From the NCBI GenBank assembly GCA_963736855.1, contig CAVTQK010000021.1, positions 192,001 to 256,000 on the forward strand: DNA of 64,000 bases. The letters run 5' to 3'. Below, piece by piece: positions 1-10,227 of this stretch. This stretch comes from an uncultured delta proteobacterium. Its GTDB lineage: Bacteria; Desulfobacterota; Desulfobacteria; Desulfobacterales; UBA2156. Each line of letters starts with the position of its first letter. The first letter of the stretch is position 1. A program made the translations under genes and the position numbers. The notes beneath the pieces are model-generated. The model was given only the letters and a program-made list of their open reading frames with translations, was not told the DNA's origin and ran no database searches.

Positions 1-24
1 ACTATCCGATACAGAGGATTGTTT

Positions 25-889
25 ATGAAAAATAAGGATGACACCGCCAGGCCGGAGAAAATTTATAAACTTCTCATTTTTAGCTTATGTGTCGGCGCTA
101 CTTTCGCCATCGGCTGGATCCGACTTCTGACGGCACCGGATCTTGCGCTGTCCCTATTTTATCTGTTGCCGATTTTAGTATCGGTGTGGCATCTAGGCCG
201 GGCTGCTGGGATGCTGGTTTCGCTTTGTAGCGCTTTAGTATGGCTGTGGGCCGATCTTAAGGTGATTGATTCCTTCTACAAAACCATATATCCCTTTTAT
301 CAATGAAACGTTTCGACTCATTGTATTTTTGTTTGTCACTTTTGTCTCTGATAAGCTCAAACTCGTTCTTGAGGATCAAAAGACTCTGGCCCGGAGCGAT
401 TCTTTAACCGAAGTGGCGAACCGTAGGGGATTTTCCGAGTTGGCAAAGAGGGAGATGGAAAAGGCTCGTCGCAACCAAACGTCGGTTTCCGTAATTTACT
501 TCGATGTCGACAATTTTAAGACCCTAAACGATCGATTCGGACATGCCGCAGGCGATCGCTTATTATTCGAAGTGGCAGATATACTGAAGAAAAACGTCAG
601 GGTGATCGATGTTGTGGCCCGTCTGGGAGGGGATGAATTTTGTATCCTCCTGGGAGAAACCAGCGAGCTTGCAGCAATGGCCATATCCCGAAAGCTGCAA
701 GGGCTTCTTATGGATCTGACAGAGAGCAGGAGATTCCCCGTGACCTTCAGTATCGGGGTTGCAACCTTCGAAAAACCGCCACAAGGAGTAGAGGACCTGA
801 TCAGCGCGGCAGATGCCTTGATGTATGATGCTAAAAAGGCGGGCAAAAACCAGATCCGCTCTGCCGTGGTAACCCCATCCGGCGAATAA
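25..889 (+). CDS. Membrane-anchored diguanylate cyclase (GGDEF), split by one apparent +1 frameshift near 275-285
   Basis: ORF 19..306 encodes hydrophobic TM segments. ORF 266..889 has DSLT, DVDNFK and ARLGGDEF. Removing one base joins them as ...KVIDSFSKPYIPFINETFR. GAGGA RBS precedes ATG at 25. Confidence 0.85.
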
Positions 890-938
890 TCTTATTGGTG
901 ACGCTTTTAGGCATTCAGGCGAGAAAAATTTTCACATT

Positions 939-978
939 ATTGAAGATTCCCTGCAACCTCCTGCAGGGAATCTTCAAT
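939..978. repeat. Perfect 17-bp inverted repeat (REP-like hairpin or bidirectional terminator)
   Basis: ATTGAAGATTCCCTGCA-ACCTCC-TGCAGGGAATCTTCAAT between two convergent genes. Confidence 0.8.
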
Positions 979-1043
979 GTTCCATATCCGGATACAGCAA
1001 GAAGAGGTTGGAACGCAGGCAAATATTTTCTTTAGCAGTTCTC

Positions 1044-2231
1044 CTAACGCCTTCGTCGCAATCTCTCGATAGAGATTCGTATACTGTCTTGCATACGGCC
1101 TACGGCATCTGCCAGGTCTCCGATTTCGTCAGCCGTTTTCGAGCTGACTTGCGCATCCAGATCTCCTACGCTGATCCGCTCCGCAACATCGGTCAGATTC
1201 CGGATTCTTGAAACCAGCATGGTACCATACACGGAAACGATGATTCCGATGAGAACGACGGTGGCGCCTAAAATAATAAGAACGATATTCCGTGTCGTTT
1301 GGGCACGCTTATCGGTACGCGTTTCCAGTAATTTTAATTCGCGTGTAAACTCTTCCAGATCGGTTGTTGCCGCAGCGACATAGGGAGTTCCCTCGATCGG
1401 TGAGCAGATCAAAAACCGGTCTCTCATCTGGCCCGCAGGATCCTTTGCCTTGTAAAATCCCCTTGATTCGCGTTGACCCATGACGCCGGTATATATTTTC
1501 CACAGCGGGTCCGATATTTCCAGCTGCTGTTTATTTTTGCCCATGTCCATTCCGACAATCCTGGGATTCACATGGGTACGAACAGTCCACTCCCCGGCTT
1601 CTTTCTGGTCTTCCGGTGGTACCTGGTATATAAACGTAAAACCGGTCATTCCGACCTTCTGCACAGCTATCCGCTTGAAATTCAGATCATCGTTAAAGTC
1701 CGCGGGTTGCAACGCCGGGTGAGCCTGGAGAAAGATCTTGACCTGAGAGGCCACGGCTCGGGAGACGTTTGCCACTCCATCCTCGGCCAATTTGGAGACG
1801 ATCTTTGTACTCTCACCTTTTATAAGAGCGGACAGTTGGTTCAGTTGCCAGAGATAGAGGAGACTGGCCGCAATGATAAGGACGATGGGAACCAGGAGGA
1901 AAAGCAGGATCATTTTGGTGCGCAAACCGAGTGCCCTTTTTGCAGGGGATGGGGCATTATCAGCCGCATAATCGGTCGCCGGCCTTTTTGATTCTATTGA
2001 AGGTGAAGCCGGTTCGGCCACTGCCGGGGCGATGGGGGCTTTAGGGGGAGCCGGCGCTTCGATTTTGCCCAATCCGGTTTCAAATGCAGCAGGCGCTGAA
2101 GAGTCTTCCTCTGACTTTTCTACGGTAATAATATGTCCGCAGGATTTACATTTGAACTTAGCCACATTCCCTTGTATCTTTTCAGGGCTAATCCGATACT
2201 TCCTTCCGCATTCTTCACAGATAACAATCAT
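1044..2231 (-). CDS. Zinc-ribbon + periplasmic (Cache-like) sensor + HAMP membrane protein with no output domain
   Basis: N-terminal CEEC...CKSC, Pro/Ala linker, two TM helices flanking about 185 aa, C-terminal HAMP (ERISVGDL...DEIGDLADAVGRM), then stop. Confidence 0.8.
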   Translation of the reverse strand: MIVICEECGRKYRISPEKIQGNVAKFKCKSCGHIITVEKSEEDSSAPAAFETGLGKIEAPAPPKAPIAPAVAEPASPSIESKRPATDYAADNAPSPAKRALGLRTKMILLFLLVPIVLIIAASLLYLWQLNQLSALIKGESTKIVSKLAEDGVANVSRAVASQVKIFLQAHPALQPADFNDDLNFKRIAVQKVGMTGFTFIYQVPPEDQKEAGEWTVRTHVNPRIVGMDMGKNKQQLEISDPLWKIYTGVMGQRESRGFYKAKDPAGQMRDRFLICSPIEGTPYVAAATTDLEEFTRELKLLETRTDKRAQTTRNIVLIILGATVVLIGIIVSVYGTMLVSRIRNLTDVAERISVGDLDAQVSSKTADEIGDLADAVGRMQDSIRISIERLRRRR

Positions 2232-2269
2232 TTTTGAACCTCCTTTAACAGAGTGTAACTTCTAAAGAT

Positions 2270-3577
2270 TTATTGCTTGGGAAGAGGTTCCAGAGTCACC
2301 GGATTTTCTTCACGGGATTGCATGACTTCGATGCCTTTTTTCTCTCCGATGATCTTAAACAGATCCCATTCGTCCTTCGCTTCGCCTTTTGGTTTTCCTT
2401 CTACGATAAAGACAGAGCTGATCACCTGGTGGTCCCAATCTCGCCATTGCTCTTCGTCCTTGAGTAAAGTAAACTTGTGGCCTTCCAATTCGGGGACGAT
2501 TTTATTTGCGGCAAAGGAATTGGCCCTTTTAACGGCCGCAGCCCATTCATGAATAGCAACCCAGGCACAGGCTGCCGAAGATCCCGGTGGTTTCCCATAT
2601 TTGCTTCTGAATGCGTCTACAAATTGCTTGGTGCCCGGGAAGCGATCCTGTAATCCCCAATACCAGTTCTTGGTTGCAAGCACTCCCGCCATGGCATCAA
2701 ACCCTGCACCATGGGCCATGCCCAACTCCATGAGCGGCACAACAATTTTCATTTTATTTTTCAATCCCATTGCCTGAGCCTGCTTCAGGGCTTGAACCAC
2801 GTCATTGCCGAAAAGCACCAAGACAAGAACATCCGGCTTTGCCTTTTGGGCCTGCGTTAGCTCAGATGAATAATCTGTTTTTCCAAGGGGTGTCAGGACG
2901 GAGCCGACCGTGTCCGATCCTGCCAATTCCGTTACCCATCTTGTGGATTTCTCCAGCGAATGCCCCCAGGTATAATCCGAAGTGATGTAAAAATAAGAAG
3001 ACCCTTTTTTCATTCTCTGCACCAGATAGGGAGCCAGTGCTTTTCCAGTCATCCATGCATTGAAATACCATCGAAAGGTATTCCTGTGGGCCGTTTGTAC
3101 CGTAAAACCTGAGGCCAGCGTATCGAAGCCGGTCGTGGCATCGGAATGGGTCAGGGCCGCCATGAAGATAATGCCGCGCTCCTGGCATACTGCACTCTGG
3201 GCAACAGCCTCTGCACTGCTGGATCCCCCTGTCAGCATGACAATACCATGCTTTTCAATTAATTCGATCGCATTCTCTTTGGCCACTTTTGCATTCGTTT
3301 TCGTGTCTCGGAGGACCGGTACGATCTTTTTCCCCAACACCCCGCCCGCACTATTGATTTTCTCGATGGCCAGCTCATAAGCCATCTGCTCATCTTTCCC
3401 CTGGTCTGCATAAGAGCCTGTTAAGGGAACGTTAATGCCTATAGCAACTGTTGTTACATCATTCACGGTTTTTGTCTGGGCATCTACGGATCGAGCGAGT
3501 GTTAAAAAACACAAAAAACAGAAAAGAATCGGACTTATCATTGTCATTGAAATTCTCTTCACACGCAAAGCCTTCAT
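2270..3577 (-). CDS. Branched-chain-amino-acid (LivJ/K)-type periplasmic substrate-binding protein
   Basis: Signal peptide, IGINVPLTG, INSAGGVLGK and DYTWG motifs. GGAGGAG RBS before ATG 3577. Confidence 0.85.
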   Translation of the reverse strand: MKALRVKRISMTMISPILFCFLCFLTLARSVDAQTKTVNDVTTVAIGINVPLTGSYADQGKDEQMAYELAIEKINSAGGVLGKKIVPVLRDTKTNAKVAKENAIELIEKHGIVMLTGGSSSAEAVAQSAVCQERGIIFMAALTHSDATTGFDTLASGFTVQTAHRNTFRWYFNAWMTGKALAPYLVQRMKKGSSYFYITSDYTWGHSLEKSTRWVTELAGSDTVGSVLTPLGKTDYSSELTQAQKAKPDVLVLVLFGNDVVQALKQAQAMGLKNKMKIVVPLMELGMAHGAGFDAMAGVLATKNWYWGLQDRFPGTKQFVDAFRSKYGKPPGSSAACAWVAIHEWAAAVKRANSFAANKIVPELEGHKFTLLKDEEQWRDWDHQVISSVFIVEGKPKGEAKDEWDLFKIIGEKKGIEVMQSREENPVTLEPLPKQ

Positions 3578-4488
3578 TGCTCCTCCTTTTTCCCGGTTTT
3601 CAGCAGTCTTTATGGAAACCGCAAGTCCCATCTCAATCACTTAATGTCCATCATTTAACAGAAATAAAGAAAAAAAACAAGCCGGCGGTTCTGATAAAAC
3701 ATTCGATCAGACGAGGTGATAAAGTGGAGCACGCCTTCTCATTTCTATTTGATGCTATTTTACTCTCGAGATTATCTTTGCAGCTCTTCAATCGAGAACG
3801 TTCCAAGATCTATGGATATGTTAAAGGCTTTCGTGCATGAATTCTTTGGGGTTGTGGATGGAACCATTCATGCCGCTCCATTTCCGTTATTGTTTTCCGA
3901 GCATCTCTTTTCAAGGTATATCAATTTTGGAAAGGTTTGAAATATATGGTGTTCTTTTATAAACTTTATATGGAAAATGTCAAGAAAAAAGAACAAGAGG
4001 AAAACCTGATGGGATTATGACCTTTTCCTCGATGAAAGCGAGTTCAGGGATGCGATATTTTAAGGCTCATTTTCAACTGTTTTTGGATGCTTTTCATTGA
4101 ATCTCTCCTAAAAATCTATCCATGCTATGATAAATAGAACTCTCTGGAAGGTCGTTGCTGACCTGGTTCCTTATAAAACGGGAGGGCTAACAAAAAAAGA
4201 TATGCTGGAATTATAAAACAGGGGTCTTTTAATCTTCGAAGGGTATCAGTTGAGATTTCCAAACGTTTAATTGGTCCTTGAAACGTGCCTTTTCTGAGAT
4301 GCTATTTTTAAGGGGTTGAAATATTATTTTTTCTATGATAATCTAACAAAATATACGTATCCAAATTTGTCGGATATTCCGTATGCATTCCAAATGCAAC
4401 GGATGTCAAGCAGTCCGGGGTTACCGGATGGCAAATGTGATCTCCGAATCGAAACCGGAGCCTTTTCAATTCATGCAGGGGCACTCGG

Positions 4489-6246
4489 ATGAACCAAACA
4501 GCCCATTCGACCATGCAGGGGGCGCGCCAGGCAGTCCAAAATATTCTCGGGAGTTTGCTGCGCGCGGTTAAAAGCCATTCCCTTTATCCTGAAGGACATG
4601 ACAGACTGAGCAAGGCCGTTGAACGCGTCTATGAAGATCTGAATGGGTATCTTAAAGACCATAAGGTACTTTCTTTTGAAATCGGCAAGGATCGTCTGGT
4701 CTTTCAGGGTGAAACGATCTATTCCGCACCGGCGGAGCAGGGAAATCTCCCCTTTATTTTTTTCCGGGACGGTATCCAAACACTGGAATTCAGTGAAGGC
4801 ATCGAAGAGACGGAACTGGAAGCCTTTTTTGGGATTTTGGATCGCTATTGGATCCTTGCGGATGAGCCCGAGGGGGATTTGGTGACCGCCCTCTGGGATG
4901 CCCAACTCCCACATATTCGATATGTTGTTTCCGACGTTTTCTGGGGATCCGAGTCGGAAATGGATATAGGAGCCTTTTCGATCGGCAAAGACCTGAAAAG
5001 CGGTACAATCGGTTCGGAAAGCCTCGTTGGCGATCCAAGGCTGATTGACAGTATGACGGATACCTACGAAAATGGGCAAGGGCCGGGTGCGGATGCAAAA
5101 CGGTCAGCTTTCGGGTCGGATTTCAACTTGCCGGAGTGGATGAATCCCATCGAACCGGAGGCTGTGGAACTGAAACCGGAGGAGTCGGAGCTCCTTTTTG
5201 GCTGGGTGATTCAAGAGGAAAAAAAAGAATCTCTGAACGATTTTTTGAATGTCCTTTTCGACAGCCTTCTGGAAGTCCATGAAACCAAAGATTTTGAAGT
5301 TATCCTGGATACCATAAAAGGTGTGTTTCAGAGTCTTATCGAGCGAGGTGAATGGGATACTGCTTCCACACTTCTTAAGCAAGTCGGCGAAGCAGGCCAG
5401 CGGAATCCTAACCTGCCCCCCGAACACCAGGCCCTGGCAGAGGCGTTTTTTAAGCAGGTATCGAGTTCTCCGGTTTTAGATGCATTGGAGAAAAGACTAT
5501 TGGAAGCCCCCCAGCAGCAGCTGAAATCTATTAGAAAGATGTTGCTGCTGCTAACCCCCGATGCGATCCCAACACTTTGCGGGTTGATCACTCCGAACAT
5601 GGATTTTGGGCTCAGACAAATGACTACAGAAGTAATTGAGGTGCTCGCATCCCGGGACTTCCGCCCCCTGGAGGCTATGCTGGAAACTGTAGAAGCGACC
5701 CGGATTCAACGATTGGTCTCTATTCTGGGCCGCCTTCACGATTCGAAGATTGATACCATATTGGACGATCTGCTTCGTCACCCTTATCCCGCGGTTCGTC
5801 GGGAAGCGGCGACGGCCTTGTTGCGCCGGGATGCGGAAAACATCAGCAAAGTCTTTCCCCTCATCGAAGACGAAGACGAAGCTATCCGACGCCTGATCCT
5901 GGGTTTTATGTTGCGATTCCGGAAAACGGTCTTTGAGGATCTGATGCTGGGATATCTGAAAACCGACAGCCCGATGCAATCAGACCATGCGCATGTCTTG
6001 GCGTGTTTCAAAGCATTGGGATTTTGCGGATCCTCCCGATCCGTCCCATTTCTCGATCAGATATTGATGAAACAAAAGTGGACGGATCTGTTTCGCAATA
6101 AAAGCCGTTTTCAGGGGGCCATCCTGGCGCTTAAGGCGATCGGGACCCAGGAAGCGAGGGAGGCTCTTGAAAAGGCAGGCCGGTGCCTCATTCCAGGGAT
6201 ACGGCGTGCGGTAATGGATGCTTTAAAGGACCGGACTGTGCCATGA
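4489..6246 (+). CDS. HEAT-repeat protein
   Basis: 585 aa ORF, LYPEGH N-terminal motif, acidic linker, C-terminal helical repeats (HPYPAVRREAATAL, DEDEAIRRL). Confidence 0.7.
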   Translation: MNQTAHSTMQGARQAVQNILGSLLRAVKSHSLYPEGHDRLSKAVERVYEDLNGYLKDHKVLSFEIGKDRLVFQGETIYSAPAEQGNLPFIFFRDGIQTLEFSEGIEETELEAFFGILDRYWILADEPEGDLVTALWDAQLPHIRYVVSDVFWGSESEMDIGAFSIGKDLKSGTIGSESLVGDPRLIDSMTDTYENGQGPGADAKRSAFGSDFNLPEWMNPIEPEAVELKPEESELLFGWVIQEEKKESLNDFLNVLFDSLLEVHETKDFEVILDTIKGVFQSLIERGEWDTASTLLKQVGEAGQRNPNLPPEHQALAEAFFKQVSSSPVLDALEKRLLEAPQQQLKSIRKMLLLLTPDAIPTLCGLITPNMDFGLRQMTTEVIEVLASRDFRPLEAMLETVEATRIQRLVSILGRLHDSKIDTILDDLLRHPYPAVRREAATALLRRDAENISKVFPLIEDEDEAIRRLILGFMLRFRKTVFEDLMLGYLKTDSPMQSDHAHVLACFKALGFCGSSRSVPFLDQILMKQKWTDLFRNKSRFQGAILALKAIGTQEAREALEKAGRCLIPGIRRAVMDALKDRTVP

Positions 6247-6316
6247 TAAAATTCTCTGCTGACAGAACGCAGTTGTTTAATATCCAAAAAAGGGAATAAC
6301 CTAAAAAGGACACCCG

Positions 6317-7768
6317 TTGCAGGACACGAACATTTTAGGCGAAGAACTCATCCGGACCTTTTATCGGATGGTCCATACCATCGGGATTTACAAAGACAAT
6401 AACCAGATGGTGCAGGAAGCGGTATCCAAGTTTATGACCGTAGCCGGAAGCCTTGCCAAAGGGAGTGATCTGGAGATCCTCATCTGGAGGGGAAGGCTTT
6501 TTCTTCAAGGAGAAAAGCTTCCCTATCGCCGCGAGACGTTCGCCTTTATCAGCGCGTGGCTTGATTTTTTTCAAGAAAGAGACCTTTCGGGGATCCGGTT
6601 TCTCTCCAAGGTTGTAAATGCACCCCGCGGAGAATTCGTGCTTCTTGCGCGTCTGTTGAACGAGTCCATCAGTCAGGAGGAACCGGCGCCATGGCTTGAA
6701 GATCAGCTTTTTACCCGGAAGATCGACTGGGTTGAAATGATACAGGAAGTCGAAGAGCCTCTATCCAAAGAAGAAGCTAAAACACCCTCGGATGCGGATT
6801 TAGATCGGAATTTGCTCCGTAAACAGAAGGCTCGGCAAAATTACAAGCGCGCACTGGATGTGGTCAAGGAGGTTTCACAAAAAATATCCGCACAATCAAC
6901 GGTCGGAATCCGGAAAGCCAGGCGGCTGGCTCAGAATATGGTCGAATTGGTCATGGAAGACGAATCTCTGATGCACTGCATGTCTTCCATCCGGGATTAT
7001 GACGATTATACCTATACCCATTCGATAAATGTGGCGTTGCTGGCAATGTGCGTCGGCAGGCGGATCGGTCTCTCACACATCCTTCTGGAGCAGTTGGGCA
7101 TCTGCGGTATGTTTCATGATCTGGGTAAGCTGGACGTCTCCACGGATATCCTCCACAAACCCGGAAGGCTTGCACCCGAGGAATGGGAAATCATGCGGCA
7201 GCATCCTCTCATGGGCCTCATTCGTATTCTCAAGTTACGGGCACCCCCTGGAATGAAATCGAGAATCGCTCTGGGCCCCTTCGAACATCACCTGAAAATG
7301 GATTTGACCGGATATCCAAAAACCCGTTTAACCCAAAACGTCACACTTTTTGGACGGATTTTGAGTATCGTGGATACCTATGACGCAGTGACATCCCACC
7401 GCGCCTATCGTATCAGAAGCCTGATGCCCAATGAGGCGATTTGCTTCATGTGGAACCGATTGAACCGGCAGTTTGATCCGATTCTTCTAAAGGTGTTCAT
7501 CTGCATGATGGGTCCTTTTCCGGCGGGGAGCGTCGTGAAGCTAAACACCGGAGAAATGGGGATCTCTATGGGGGTTAACCCTACCTCCGAAAAACCAGGA
7601 CAGCGGGTTCTTCTACTGGTCAAAGATGAAATGGGCAGCTACCGAAAAGGAGAAATCCTGAATCTTGATGAACCGGAAAAAGGGAAGAAAGCAACAGCTA
7701 AACGGATCCATTCTAGTATTCCTTCCTCCAGCATCGGTATTCAGCCTGCTGAGTTTCTCCTGCAGTAA
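6317..7768 (+). CDS. HD-GYP domain c-di-GMP phosphodiesterase-like protein
   Basis: YTYTHS, HDLGK, HHLKMDLTGYP, IVDTYDA, FDP motifs. Confidence 0.85.
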   Translation: MQDTNILGEELIRTFYRMVHTIGIYKDNNQMVQEAVSKFMTVAGSLAKGSDLEILIWRGRLFLQGEKLPYRRETFAFISAWLDFFQERDLSGIRFLSKVVNAPRGEFVLLARLLNESISQEEPAPWLEDQLFTRKIDWVEMIQEVEEPLSKEEAKTPSDADLDRNLLRKQKARQNYKRALDVVKEVSQKISAQSTVGIRKARRLAQNMVELVMEDESLMHCMSSIRDYDDYTYTHSINVALLAMCVGRRIGLSHILLEQLGICGMFHDLGKLDVSTDILHKPGRLAPEEWEIMRQHPLMGLIRILKLRAPPGMKSRIALGPFEHHLKMDLTGYPKTRLTQNVTLFGRILSIVDTYDAVTSHRAYRIRSLMPNEAICFMWNRLNRQFDPILLKVFICMMGPFPAGSVVKLNTGEMGISMGVNPTSEKPGQRVLLLVKDEMGSYRKGEILNLDEPEKGKKATAKRIHSSIPSSSIGIQPAEFLLQ

Positions 7769-7836
7769 GCAAGCAGGGGGGTCCCTTCAGGCCATCGTTT
7801 TACCCGATGAAATCGCATTCTGCATCAGACGGAAGA

Positions 7837-9351
7837 CTATTTTTGAGGCGCAATAAGGATAGGGTACCGACGAAACGCCCACCAGTCAGCCAGTTCCGCC
7901 AGGGACTTTTCCATCATGTAACGGCCGTCCGCAAAGACGGCGTAATCCCCCCCGCCCCCCATGGCCGAGGCAAAGCGAATGGTGTTGGCGTAAAATAGCC
8001 AGGTGTCGCTCCATTTTTTTTCAATCGCCTCGTCGAAAGGATTTTCTTTTCCGTCAGCCAGCCCTGTTTCCCAAATTTTCTCCATCAACTGCGTGGCAAC
8101 CCGCGTATCCAAGTTGGTTTTGGACACCGTATTTTCTAACCGGTTCCAGAATCCATTGACCCAGGATCTGTCATGACAGTTCAAACAGACCGCCTGCATG
8201 GTTTCCGTGCGTTGGAGGCGTTCCTTTTCGTCGATGAGGTGCGCTGAAGCGAATTCCCCGTTGAGATCGGTGGGGAGTGGGAGCCCTTCCTTGTTTCGAA
8301 TGCTCGTAGTGTCCGGACCTTTGGGGTGAGGATGCGCATAGATCAGGCCAAAAAGCCGCCAGGGAAGACGGTTGCTCATCTGGTGGGAACGTTCGGAGAC
8401 CGCCGTACCGTCTTGATTGACCAGAAGACTGATGTGGCAAGTCGCGCAGGTGGGTGCCGTGAAATCTTTACCGATGGTCCATGGGACGCCGGTAAATTCC
8501 CACGACGACCCGTGGGATGAAAATAAGTTGCCGTGCTTGCTTGCTTCATATATCTTGAAGGCCGGCACATCAGGCCCCACGTGGCATTCTTTGCAAGTAT
8601 ACGGCTTTCGCGCCGTTTCGATGGAAAAAAGATGACGGGTGTGGCATGCCGAGCAAGCCCCTTTGCTGCCGTCGAGATTGATCCTGCCGACACCCTGGTT
8701 GGGCCATCCCCGAATGACGGGAAACTCCAGTTCGCCGGCCAGATCCGTTGTACGTTTCTCGGTTCCTTCCAACGATAGGCGGGTGCCGTGGCAGTAATAG
8801 CAGGCTTCTTCCCGGGTGCCGGCATCGGATCTTTCATGCCGGATCCGATCTTTGACGAAAGTGGGTTGACCGAGGATGCTCAGTTCGAGTTTCTGATACA
8901 ATGCGTTTTCAGCAAGATTGGCATAAGCGTGCGACATGAGGTTTTTAGAGTACTGCTCGGCTTCGACCGAATGGCAGGTCCTGCAGTCTTGCGGGCTGAC
9001 CACTACGTGAATTGTATGACCATTGTGTTCGAAGCTGTCCTTATGGGCATCAGACCTAAGACCGTGACACTCTGCGCAACCCACGAATGTCGTCTTGAGC
9101 GAATTCGGGATAGAGTCGCTGGATACTTTCCTGGATAAACCCTGGACCGAAGCGGCGTCCCCGGGTATCACCTGGGCGTGGCGGCTTTTTTTCCATTCGG
9201 CAACGATGCCGGGGTGAAGCGATGCATGGCAGTCCAGGCATTCGGAGGTCGCATCGCTGACAGGGGTTTCGGCGGAAATTATCAGGGTAGGAAAGAGAAG
9301 TACTAAGGAAAGAATCATCCATAAAAAAAATGGTTTCATAGCAGACTCCAT
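7837..9351 (-). CDS. Octaheme cytochrome c of the hydroxylamine oxidoreductase (HAO) family
   Basis: Signal peptide and eight CxxCH motifs (CLDCH, CAECH, CRTCH, CYYCH, CSACH, CKECH, CATCH, CLNCH) with HAO-type context (CHTRHLFS, CHVGPD, SKHG, APTCATCH). Confidence 0.9.
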   Translation of the reverse strand: MESAMKPFFLWMILSLVLLFPTLIISAETPVSDATSECLDCHASLHPGIVAEWKKSRHAQVIPGDAASVQGLSRKVSSDSIPNSLKTTFVGCAECHGLRSDAHKDSFEHNGHTIHVVVSPQDCRTCHSVEAEQYSKNLMSHAYANLAENALYQKLELSILGQPTFVKDRIRHERSDAGTREEACYYCHGTRLSLEGTEKRTTDLAGELEFPVIRGWPNQGVGRINLDGSKGACSACHTRHLFSIETARKPYTCKECHVGPDVPAFKIYEASKHGNLFSSHGSSWEFTGVPWTIGKDFTAPTCATCHISLLVNQDGTAVSERSHQMSNRLPWRLFGLIYAHPHPKGPDTTSIRNKEGLPLPTDLNGEFASAHLIDEKERLQRTETMQAVCLNCHDRSWVNGFWNRLENTVSKTNLDTRVATQLMEKIWETGLADGKENPFDEAIEKKWSDTWLFYANTIRFASAMGGGGDYAVFADGRYMMEKSLAELADWWAFRRYPILIAPQK

Positions 9352-9519
9352 GAATCAGGGCATCGGAATTTTTAAAGGGAACCCGAATATAGATTAGCCT
9401 GAATCAGTGCGGAATTCAAACAGATATTCCCCGGTGAAAACCCTCAGGAATTAAAGAGAGCCTCCGCTCAGGGAGGTTGCCACCCTATCCCGGCTGAATT
9501 TGTCCTGAATCAGGCAACG

Positions 9520-10227
9520 CTATCCTTTGCTGATCTTAATCTCCACCCGTCGGTTCTTTTGGCGTCCTTGAGGGTCATCGGATCCATCGGTTCGGGCGTT
9601 GGGGGCGATGGGCCTGGCCTCGCCGAAACCTGCGGTCTGAATTATTTCCGACAGGATGCCTCCTTTTGAGACGAGCCAAGCCTTAACGGAATCCGCCCGG
9701 CGCTTGGAAAGCTTCAGATTGTAGTCCTCGGAGCCTTTGGCATCCGTATGACCGGAGATTATCACTGCTGGGCTTTTGCACGCCAGAATAACGCCGGCCA
9801 CCTTTATCAGGATTGCTTCTGCATCCGGACGGATATCCGTTTTGTCGAAGTCAAACAGGACATCCCCCGAAAGCTCGATCTGAAACTCGGTCGGAGTCTC
9901 CTTTGCTCCCAGGTCCTTGAGTATCGTTTTAAGGTCAGAGACGCCGGCGATAATTTTCTTTGAAGGGATACCCACTATGGCTACACTTCGGGAACTGATC
10001 GACTTCGCCCCTCGGTCGGGTCCCATCGTCTTCAATGAGGACACGGCTTTTTCATGGGCCGCACTCGGGATGATCAGATCCGCTCCATCTTCACCGGCCC
10101 TTGCATCGGATGCAAATCCCTGCAACATTCCGAGGATCATCCAGATGCTCAACAAAAATACCCCAATCCGGCAATGTTGTTTTCGAGGTCTGCTATTTTC
10201 CAAGGGAAACCTCTTCGAAGGGGGCAA
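9520..10227 (-). CDS. OmpA-family peptidoglycan-binding protein (start codon uncertain)
   Basis: LFDFDK, GHTD, NLKLSKRRA, GFGE and NRRVEI motifs. Confidence 0.85.
   Translation of the reverse strand: MPPSKRFPLENSRPRKQHCRIGVFLLSIWMILGMLQGFASDARAGEDGADLIIPSAAHEKAVSSLKTMGPDRGAKSISSRSVAIVGIPSKKIIAGVSDLKTILKDLGAKETPTEFQIELSGDVLFDFDKTDIRPDAEAILIKVAGVILACKSPAVIISGHTDAKGSEDYNLKLSKRRADSVKAWLVSKGGILSEIIQTAGFGEARPIAPNARTDGSDDPQGRQKNRRVEIKISKG

Noticed and set aside
4415..4432. c-di-GMP-I riboswitch upstream of HEAT/HD-GYP (CGGGGTTACCGGATGG resembles its 3' end)
   Set aside because: The 5' GGCAAAC...GAAA...GACGCAAA elements are not visible. An Infernal search against the Rfam model would settle it.
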